DNA of 64,000 bases, taken from positions 96,224,001-96,288,000 of the forward strand of contig OX597817.1 in NCBI GenBank assembly GCA_951406725.2, read 5' to 3'. Below are positions 54,347-64,000 of the stretch, one piece after another. A program made the translations under genes and the position numbers. The notes beneath the pieces were generated by a model, which was given only the letters and a program-made list of their open reading frames with translations, was not told where the DNA came from and did no database searches. This DNA is from Octopus vulgaris (Eukaryota). Each line of letters starts with the position of its first letter. The first letter of the stretch is position 1.

Positions 54347-55280
54347 TGGTCTTGTAATCGCTAGATAGCAGGGGTTCGCAATATATCGGACACAGGTAGT
54401 GTCGTTAACCAACTGGAGATGTCCTCCTGGGGTGAATAAAATGGTAGTAACATAGTTCCGTACGGAACAATCATGTTGAATGAACAACAAACATTACGGG
54501 TTTCGCATCCATAAAACTCTGACGAGACCAAACATTACGGGCTTCGCATCCATAAAGCTCAGGCAAAATGTGTGTAAAGGTAAGCGCTATACACACACAT
54601 ACACATTATTAAGTATCTTCTCCAGCGCTGCTTTCCAACTCAGGATCTTACAACATGAACGAAACTCTGTTGTTGAACATTCTAACCCGGGTCGCCGACT
54701 TTGGATATCATTTTACACCCTTTCACAAACTACATTCTTAACGTCAACAGCCAACTTGGTTGGTCACTCTCTCATTTCATAGTTTGCTTCAACAGACTTC
54801 AATCACGTCCCTGCTGTATTCTTGGGATATTCTTTTATTTGTAAAATTACTTTTCATCTGATGATTAGGGATTTTGCAATGGAGTAATATTCTCATTCTT
54901 CTATTTAAAAAATGCGTAAGAAACTGCTGTAATGAGCTGACAGTTATCCATTGTATGTTATTATTCATTTGATTATAATATACCAAGAGGATTTACAACT
55001 TGTTGGACCCTAGAATATGCCAACAACGTACAATTCAACATACCGCGTGCTTTGGACCAGCCCCTAGGCGTTAAATACTCATAGAATTGGTTTTCTCTGA
55101 GTACACAACTGGAATATCCTATCTGATACTTACTAACCATAGGGTGGACTTACAGGTTTATCCAGCCCTATCTGATGCATATATTTTCAATTACCTGTGT
55201 CTGTGTGTATATGTCTCCCGAAGAGCCATTGGGGAATGAAAGTATATTTAGTAGGACTAAAGATAGTGGAATAAATACCA

Positions 55281-55530
55281 TCATCATCATCATCATCATC
55301 ATCATCGTTTAACGTCCGTTTTCCGCGCTAGCACGGGTTGGACGGTTTCGACCGGGGTCTGGGGAGCAAGGGACTGCCCCAGGCTCCAGTCTAGTCTGGC
55401 AGAGTTTCTACAGCTGGATGCCCTTCCTAACGCCAACCACTCCGCGAGTGTAGTGGGTGTTTTTTACGTGCCACCTGCACAGGTGCCAGAGGGGTCTGGC
55501 ATCGGCCACGTTCGGATGGTGCTTTTTTTA
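55281..55530 (-). mobile_element. RTE-type LINE/SINE 3' end with (ATG)n tail
   Basis: Similar to 62056-62400 (GCTGGATGCCCTTCCTAACGCCAACC); (CAT)n on the plus strand. Confidence 0.7.
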
Positions 55531-55779
55531 TGTGGGGGGGTGCAGAAATATAGGGGAGCACCAGTGGGGAGGGGTGGTTCAGAGAAATGATGACAGGTTC
55601 TAGGCAAGTAGAACGTAGGATATCAAGAGAGGGGTAATGCATGGTGAAATAGCGTATTGAAGAGGGGGTTCGAAGAGTAGACACCTATTATGGTGGTGGG
55701 AGAAGCGACATCCGGTATGGATGGAGCAAAAATATAGATATCCAGTATTGGTGGTGGGGGTGGGCAGGGCGGGTGCACC

Positions 55780-56624
55780 GCGAATACACGATGGTTGATG
55801 AATACACGAGAGGCGAGATGGGTAATGGATAAATTAGTTAAAATAATTAGATAGATATAGAAATTAGTTAAAAATAGTTAGATAGATAAGAAAGCATGTA
55901 TGATTGATGGGGAAGTGAAATAATAAATAAGCATTCAACTTATCTGTTAGATGAATGAATGAATGAAAGAGCAGAAGTTTGGGGCTGCGTTTTTTTTTTT
56001 AAATAAAGATTGTCCGGAGGAAGAAGGCGCGAATACACGATGGTTGATGAATACACGAGAGGCGAGATGGGTAATGGATAAATTAGTTTAAATAATTAGA
56101 TAGATATAGAAATTAGTTAAAAATAGTTAGATAGATAAGAAAGCATGTATGATTGATGGGGAAGTGAAATAATAAATAAGCATTCAACTTATCTGTTAGA
56201 TGAATGAATGAATGAAAGAGCAGAAGTTTGGGGCTGCGTTTTTTTTTTTTAAATAAAGATTGTCCGGAGGAAGAAGGCGCGAATACACGATGGTTGATGA
56301 ATACACGAGAGGCGAGATGGGTAATGGATAAATTAGTTAAAATAATTAGATAGATATAGAAATTAGTTAAAAATAGTTAGATAGATAAGAAAGCATGTAT
56401 GATTGATGGGGAAGTGAAATAATAAATAAGCATTCAACTTATCTGTTAGATGAATGAATGAATGAAAGAGCAGAAGTTTGGGGCTGCGTTTTTTTTTTAA
56501 ATAAAGATTGTCCGGAGGAAGAAGGCGCGAATACACGATGGTTGATGAATACACGAGAGGCGAGATGGGTAATGGATAAATTAGTTAAAATAATTAGATA
56601 GATATAGAAATTAGTTAAAAATAG
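55780..56624. repeat. Tandem repeat, ~249-bp unit, ~3.4 copies
   Basis: Units start at 55780, 56029, 56279 and 56527 and differ mainly in poly-T length. Confidence 0.95.
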
Positions 56625-57738
56625 ACGTATATTTGTATGTATATATGTATGCATGTATATATACATACATGCATATATAATGATACATTTAGAATAATAC
56701 ATTTCATTAATTTCATTTTTTATTCTGCGAGTCGGACCACTTATATATATATATTTATGCATCTTCGATATATTTTAATATATTTCTATCAATGTTCATA
56801 TCGGAATATTTTTAAATGTATCAATTACCCTATATATTTTTAATATATCTATGCATTTTAAAATGACAACGCTTTTCAAAAGAAGATTTGTTTTTTCTAG
56901 CTCCGAGCTGCGAAAACTAATAAGGAGTAAAGGAGGCGGGAAGACCAAAAATGGCTTGAAAGTCAAAACATGTCGGCGGGAAATAACATCACTACGTGAG
57001 ACAAGCTGACACTGAATCAGCTTCTCTGACTGACAGGTGACGGTCGTTTAGAGAATGCGCGGGCTAAGACTACGCGCCTTCACTAGTCAGTTAAGGTGAG
57101 ACAGTGTCACGTGACAACTTGCTGGGGCTGCCTGCTGGAGCCTAACGGCAGTTATTTAAAGGGAAAATTTGGCAAGTCAGTCAGTCACCGGCTGACACTC
57201 GCTGACGATATATCGAAGAGGCCAGGGAACAGAAGAAAGAAGAAAGAAGACATGCATCCAACACCAGCGCTGAAGATACCTCCGAAAGGGGGGGGACGTC
57301 AAAATGGTAGAGGAGTAGGGGCCGAAACCGGATGTGGTTCCTCCTGATGATGTCTTGAGCTAACTGGATCCTATAAAGGAGCTGTTGTGGTAGCAGACCA
57401 CGAAACACGGTTGTAATTTCTATGTAATAAATAAGTATGTGCTTCTGGTGAGTCTTCTATATCAATTCCATTGATGAAAGCGTATTGGATTATTGTTTGT
57501 GGACTGAATTGTCTGGTGTTACTTTCACTTGTATATTTATTTTTTTTGTCTCACACCTGAATTTCTAAGTGCAACCTTTAATCTGATAGAAAATAAGAGT
57601 TTATCTTGTATTCTTTCTAATATATATATATATACCGGAGTAAACACATAAATGTGAAACAAGGTGGAAAAAAGAGTACTCAAATACCAGTGGTAGAGTA
57701 ATATGCTTTATTTAAAGCAGCAGAAAATTCAACAAAAC

Positions 57739-57776
57739 CTGTTACTCTGAGTTTCACGTTCCCGTTCGTCGGACAG
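57739..57776 (-). ncRNA. Minimal type I hammerhead motif (CCGACGA core variant)
   Basis: Reverse complement reads CUGU-CCGACGA-ACG(GGAA)CGU-GAAA-CUC(A)GAG-UA-ACAG. Confidence 0.7.
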
Positions 57777-57830
57777 TTTTTGCTAGAATAGAACCGATAT
57801 ACTAGTCTGGATAGAATTGACATATCGGTC

Positions 57831-58340
57831 CTATTCTAGGACTCTCTTACATACTTTTACAAGGATTGCCGGGAATCCATCCGGGCCAGTAGCTGAGTTT
57901 GTTTTCATTTCATCTATAGCCTTTATTACATCGTCTTCCTTTATATTGATGTAATCAATCATCGCTGCCTCTGATTTTATATCTGCAGTGGTAAAGAAGT
58001 CAGTTGGATTGCTAACTTGAAAATGCCCTAGGGGTGGAGTGATAATACTCTTGAATTGCTCATTTAGTATTTCACTTATCCTCATTGGATTTCCTGTGAG
58101 TGTGCCATTCTTTTCAAGGAGCGGCCCTATCCTACAGTGCACCGTAGCTGTTTCTTTGGCATACCTGTAGAAAGCTCTGGGGTTAGATTTTATGTTATCT
58201 ATAGCCCAGGCTTCTTTGTCTGCTCTTTCTTTTTCATGGGAGAGTTGCAGACATTTTTCAATTTCCAACAATTTTATTTTCAGGCGGGACTTTTCACTGC
58301 TTTCAATTTGTTTGTTTGGTATCATTTCTTTATTTCTGCT
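57831..58340 (-). pseudogene. CR1/Jockey-group LINE ORF2 fragment (linker to start of RT)
   Basis: IKSNPRAFYRYAK, ILNEQFKSI, SATGPDGFPAILVK. Confidence 0.75.
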
Positions 58341-58667
58341 TAAGTATTTTTATCTTGTTCTTTATGTCGCTGTGTAGCGCTGGAGAGTTAATCTTTGTCT
58401 CTGTTTAAAAAGGAAGTGATCATATTCTTGAAAAAGTTCAACAATATATTGCTGATTGATGTTGGCGCACACGCACACAGCCCGCACACGTTCATAAATA
58501 TACGTATTCATGCATGAAAATATTTAAACTCAGAACAAGTTTTTACTTACCACATTGACCTCGATGACTTGTCGATGACAATGAATGTGATCACACCCTT
58601 TATAGCGGAGCACTTGACAACAAAACAAACAAAAAAAGGCATTAAAGCAGTACCTCACATCCGTGTT

Positions 58668-58734
<67 letters not shown>

Positions 58735-58745
58735 GATAGATAGAT

Positions 58746-58785
<40 letters not shown>

Positions 58786-59047
58786 TGGGAAAAACAACAA
58801 GTCAAACGGACGTACACAGCGAATATATTAGATTACCGCTCGGATAAAGTTTAAATCAGCAATATCAGACCCAAATATTCAACCTGTTTTATGTTCAAAC
58901 TGGCCAGATCCAGTTTCAAACAACTGCTTTACAGTGTCATTCTAAAAATATACAGTTGCATCATCAAAATCTTGAAGCTAAATACACAAGCATTACATTT
59001 GACAGAGTAATCTGAATGCTAAACGTTTATATATATATATATATACA

Positions 59048-59200
59048 CTGCTGTGTTTGGGAAGAGTCATTCTCTTTGCAACCTTTTCCAGACGCAACGA
59101 AACTTTTGGAAAAATAAAAAAGAAATAGATGGAAATTTTACCGGTGAGTGTGTTAAATTATAAGGCACTAAAAGAGAATGTCTCTCCCCAGGCACAACAG
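59048..59200. mobile_element. Short MITE-like element with ~30-bp imperfect terminal inverted repeats
   Basis: CTGCTGTGTTTGGGAAGAGTCATTCTCTTT versus AAAGAGAATGTCTCTCCCCAGGCACAACAG. Confidence 0.55.
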
Positions 59201-59325
59201 AATATGTTTCAACACACGAACCAACATAAAGAATCTTGCAAACCAAATCCCAAAAACGAAATGTGTGTATGTATATATATAAACTATTATATATCATTAT
59301 AAAAGCCTACAGACTAAATAAATTC

Positions 59326-59507
59326 AAATTTATAAATTAGATAATGGTTCATTATTTACATTATTTAGAATTGACGGATATTTGTCCCCATCGTGTTTGT
59401 TGTTAACACAACGTTTCGGCTGATATACCCTCCAGCCTTCATCAGGCGCAGTGGTTAAGAGCACGGGCTACTAAGCCCAAGATTCAGAGTTCGATTCCAG
59501 GCAGTAA

Positions 59508-59543
<36 letters not shown>

Positions 59544-59557
59544 TAATAATAATGATG

Positions 59558-59605
<48 letters not shown>

Positions 59606-59765
59606 TCGAAAAATACCTTAGGAATGAGAACCTAGGTTCGAAATTTCCCAAAGACACCTGATGAAGGCTGAAGGGTATATCAGCCGAAACGTGTTAACAA
59701 CAAACAAGATGAGGACAAATATCCGTCAGTTGTAAATAATGAACCATTATCTAATTTATAAATTT
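59326..59765 (+). mobile_element. Composite inverted-HHR / tRNA head / (AAT)n / HHR-tail element (copy B)
   Basis: 59326-59446 is inverted relative to 59657-59764; head 59445-59510 and tail are near-identical to copy A. Confidence 0.85.
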
Positions 59766-59830
59766 TCACCCCCTTGTATAACCTCTCTCTTAACGATACA
59801 ACCTCCTCTATTACCGAACACGGTCTCTAA

Positions 59831-60253
59831 CATTCACCTAATTGTAATTACCGTCCTGGAACCACCTGCCCGTTACAAAACCATTGCAGAAGATATAATG
59901 TAATTTACAAATGCGCGGTCCTTAATCTATTACAGAACACTACAGCCATATACATAGGATCAACAAAAAACTTTAAGCAACGGTATGCCACTCATCTCCA
60001 TTCTTTTAGATACGATAAACATAGTAAATCTACAACACTTGCCAACCACATACATCATCTCAAAAATGCAGATATACCCTATACTCTATCATGGTCCATG
60101 CTGGACTCAGGACTTCCCTACCGAGGTCAACGCTCAACCTGCAAGCTTTGCCTGATGGAGGCACTCACCATATTAAAGCACAACTCTCCAACACTGCTAA
60201 ATAAACATAACGAAACACTAAGCACATGCAACCACCGCTTTTATCACATTTAA
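59831..60253 (+). pseudogene. PLE GIY-YIG endonuclease domain (open frame with no start codon; absent from the ORF track)
   Basis: Hand translation: CPLQNHCRRYNVIYKC..YIGSTKNFKQRYATH..LANHIHHLK..W..CKLCLME..LLNKHNE. Confidence 0.8.
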
Positions 60254-61379
60254 ATTCTACAACAAATCCAAATGCCAGAATGACCATACAGTACATTTCC
60301 ACAATACTCCTTAGGTAATCCGAATAACCTTATAAATCTACACTCCTAATCCCTATCTAGTTCCTCACATCTGATTGTACTCGTATGTATGTGCATACAC
60401 CCATGTGTGCGTGTATATGTATGAGTGAGGGTATGCATATATGTATGTATGTGGGTATGTGTAAATAAGGTATATATATCTGCATATACACGGGCGATGA
60501 TACATGCAAATGAACGTATAAGTGAGCGTGCATGAGTTCATATGCATGCGAGTAAGGATTGTATGCGTAACTTGTTTGATATATACATGTATATACATCT
60601 TCACATATATATTTTCTCATATTACTAAGCACCGAACTGCTAAACAAAAAATTCCTTAATTCTTCACTACTAACCCTTCTCTGCCCCTACACTTAGACTC
60701 TACTACTAGAGTCATTCCTTTACCGCTTCTCCGCCCCACCCCCATTCCTTCTATCTTTTTACACTATAATACCTTTCTCTCTCTTTCACCCTTCATATCC
60801 CCACTCCTATTTTCAAATTATCTCTACTGACCACTGACTGACCTACATCTTCATTTTTCTTTTTTCTTTATTCCCTTTATCCCTCTCTTCGGGGGGGGGG
60901 GGGTTATTTTTTATTATTTTGTTATTATTTTATAAATCTTCTTACTTTCTTCTCCTTTTTCTCTCTCATATTTTTCTCTTCCTTATTTTTCTCTTTCTTC
61001 ATTCCCCTCTTCCTGTTTTCGATTTGACCTTACTAATACACTCTCTGTTTTTAGGTCACTTTAAATAAAAACCTTTGACTCTGCAACACTATATATAAAT
61101 TCTCTACTGGGAATGACCAAGTTTAAAAATCTGCTGGATCTCACTCATAAGGGAATATTACATTGCGTATAAACTCTATATTTGGAAGGACCCATTTAAA
61201 ACTCTGTTGGACTTTTGGACATTATTCATAGGATATTGGAATATTGCAGATATACCATTGTGCCTAAAAATAGATCTAAAACTTCAATACCCATACATAT
61301 CTTGCATTTATTTCCTCCACATTACTCAGTGTTTTGTATGACATCTAAACTAACTATGATTTAACTATCCTCTCACACC

Positions 61380-61431
61380 GTCTCCGATGAAGGGACATAA
61401 TTAATAAATATCCTAGAAACAGCTGTAAGAC
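61380..61431 (+). ncRNA. Type I hammerhead motif in the PLE 3' pseudo-LTR
   Basis: GUCU-CCGAUGA-AGGGACAU...AUAUCCUA-GAAA-CAGCUG-UA-AGAC; palindromic ACAGCUGU stem III. Confidence 0.7.
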
Positions 61432-61687
61432 ATTCTATCTATAAATGCTCTAATATCTACACAGCCTTGGTTTTTTATCTTATCACACAAAAAATTCTTA
61501 TATTCACACGCTGACATAGAACCAACGTTGAACCATTTATTCGAAAAATTACCGAATCTGGACCTTAACTATGGTCTGTCTATCGCACTTATTCAGCATT
61601 ATCTGACAGTTTTGGGTCTCAATGACACCTATATCTCTTATATATATATATATACACACACATATATATATACACACACACAAACAC

Positions 61688-61718
<31 letters not shown>

Positions 61719-61879
61719 TATATATATACACACACACAAACACATATATATATATACACACACACACACACATGTATATATATATACATACATATATATA
61801 TACAAATACATATATATATACATACCCATATATAAACATGTATATATATACACATATACATGTATATATATATATACAT

Positions 61880-61920
<41 letters not shown>

Positions 61921-61982
61921 TGTATATATATATATATATATACACATATACATGTATATATATATATATACACATATACATG

Positions 61983-62020
<38 letters not shown>

Positions 62021-62055
62021 AACATATATATACATACATATATACATATACATAT

Positions 62056-62400
62056 CATCATCATCATCATCATCATTTAGCGTCCGTTTTCCATGCTAGC
62101 ATGGGTTGGACGGTTCTGCTGGGGTCTGTGAAGCCAGAAGGCTTCATCAGGCCCAGTCAAATCTGGCAGTGTTTCTACGGCTGGATGCCCTTCCTAACGC
62201 CAACCACTCCGTGAGTGTAGTGGGTGCTTTTTTACGTGCCACCCGCACTGGTGCCAGCCAGAGCTGGCAATCGATTTCGATTCTGATCCTCACTTGCCTC
62301 AACAAGTCTTCACAAGTAGAGTTTTGTGTCCCAAGAAGGGAAGGTATGCATACGTAGGCTGGCTCCATCCCATGTAGAAGGCCACGGGTTGTGGACTCAC
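62056..62400 (-). mobile_element. RTE-type 3' end/SINE with (ATG)n tail
   Basis: Homologous to 55281-55530. Confidence 0.7.
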
Positions 62401-62595
62401 TACATATATACATATATACATATATATACATATATATATATATACATATACAAATATATATACATATACATATACAAATATATATACATATACATGTATA
62501 CATATATATATATATACATATGTATATATATATACATATATATACACATATACATATATACACAAATACATATATACACAAATATACATATATAT

Positions 62596-62678
<83 letters not shown>

Positions 62679-62681
<3 letters not shown>

Positions 62682-62752
62682 AGGCGCAGTGGCCCAGTGG
62701 TTAGGCAGCGGACTCGTGGTCGGAGGATCACGGTTTCGATTCCCAGACCAGG
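62679..62752 (+). mobile_element. tRNA-derived SINE head (third family)
   Basis: A box TGGCCCAGTGG, B-box-like GTTTCGATTCC; a partial inverted copy lies at 62925-62995. Confidence 0.7.
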
Positions 62753-62995
62753 CCTTGTACCTGCTGTACTCTTTCGCCACAACTTTCTCTCACTCTTCTG
62801 TTGGCCTGCTCGCTTAGCCAGTCTGTTACGGTGATATATACATACACACACATATATATATATACACACATATATATATATACATATATATATACACACA
62901 TATATATATATATATACATATACATATGTTTTTGCTTAATAAACACACACAATGCCCGGTCTGGGAATCGAAACAGCGATCCTCCGACCACGAGT

Positions 62996-63319
62996 TCCGA
63001 CCATGTTTGAATTCACAATGCCAGCGTTTTACAAGGTCATATGATGGGGCATCATCACCAGAAGTTACTTTTACTTCATTAAAAGTTTCCCGTGGTATGC
63101 GTCCTTTCAAATACAAAAACCTGATCACTGCTCGACACTCAACAGGCTCCATTTCACACTTGACTCAGTTCAAACACCTGTAAATCAGAAACCATAATTA
63201 GTTCAGAGCTGTAATTTGCCACTTAATCTATAGAGATATAAATAATTGCACATGCAAAATTTCAGCTAGATCAAACAACTGCAAGTGGGTCAGGGGCATT
63301 ACTTATTGAACGTCCCTCA
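62996..63319 (-). mobile_element. Mariner 5' fragment truncated at a SINE piece
   Basis: TA|TGAGGGACGTTCAATAAGTAATG TIR; MEPVECRAVIRFLYLKG..SYDLVKRWHCEFKHGR HTH. Confidence 0.8.
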
Positions 63320-64000
63320 TAGGTTTGTCCAACTACACAAGGTATGAAGGCCTGCTTCAATATATGTTACTCTGTTGGTACAAATTCCAACCTTAATATA
63401 TACCTACACCAACTTTCTTCTTCATACATTGTGCAATTGTAATTTCTTATGCATTTAAAAACTATGAGCTATCAGACAACAGGTGTACTGTTTAATCGAA
63501 ATAATTTCAAAGCTAAATCAAAGACTACAATATTTACTCGATTTGTTGTATGCTAATGATTATAATCTTGTGGATCACTTAGAAAAAGATATTCAGAAAA
63601 TAATGAAATGCTTGTTTTTGGACTTACATTAAGCTCAAAGAGAACTAAGGTAATGTTTACACCAACTTCCAAAGAGACTTATGTAGAACCATGTATACTT
63701 GTTTAAGAGACTAGACTTGGCAGCTAGAGGATTCAGGTCACTGAAAACATTAGAATCTATAATTTTTGCATCATCACATTTCTGCCATACTCATTTGAGA
63801 CAGATCCCATAGTGATGACACATCAAAATATTTGACGGAATTCACCAGTAGTGTTTCGATCTTATATAGCAAATACTAAAAGGGATAACAATATTCTTAA
63901 GTATTTAATAAACCTGGAAAAATATAGGACAAGAAGTAAGCCTAAAATAAAATAAAAGAAAAAATATTTGAATGGGTTACCAATTAAATAAAATATTCAA

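Noticed and set aside
55780-56624. CRISPR-like array
   Set aside because: The units are entirely repeated with no unique spacers, and the context is eukaryotic.

Overview
Eukaryotic, AT-rich, microsatellite-dense genomic DNA. The tRNA-derived SINE families and repeat landscape suggest an octopus or other cephalopod (inference). The only host gene seen is the large first coding exon of an MFSD6-like transporter (minus strand, 3963-5700; further exons fall outside the window). The rest is transposon-derived: tRNA SINEs, a near-full-length R4/Dong LINE plus co-oriented fragments in (ATT)n tracts, HERO-like and CR1/Jockey-like LINE remnants, Tc1/mariner elements, Helitron ends, nested Ty3/gypsy elements, and many Penelope-like element (PLE) pieces (RT, GIY-YIG, pseudo-LTRs). 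The main hidden signal is non-coding: about a dozen type I hammerhead-ribozyme (HHR) motifs from about six sequence families, several as inverted pairs. The best candidate for an undescribed system is a composite non-autonomous element seen twice (40384-40765 and 59326-59765). Its layout is inverted HHR arm, tRNA-like Pol III head, (AAT)n, HHR-bearing PLE-type tail, which would make it a ribozyme-carrying SINE mobilised by Penelope-like elements. A young LTR element with an in-frame protease-integrase ORF and no RT/RNase H is also notable. All RNA folds were read by eye and have not been computed or tested.
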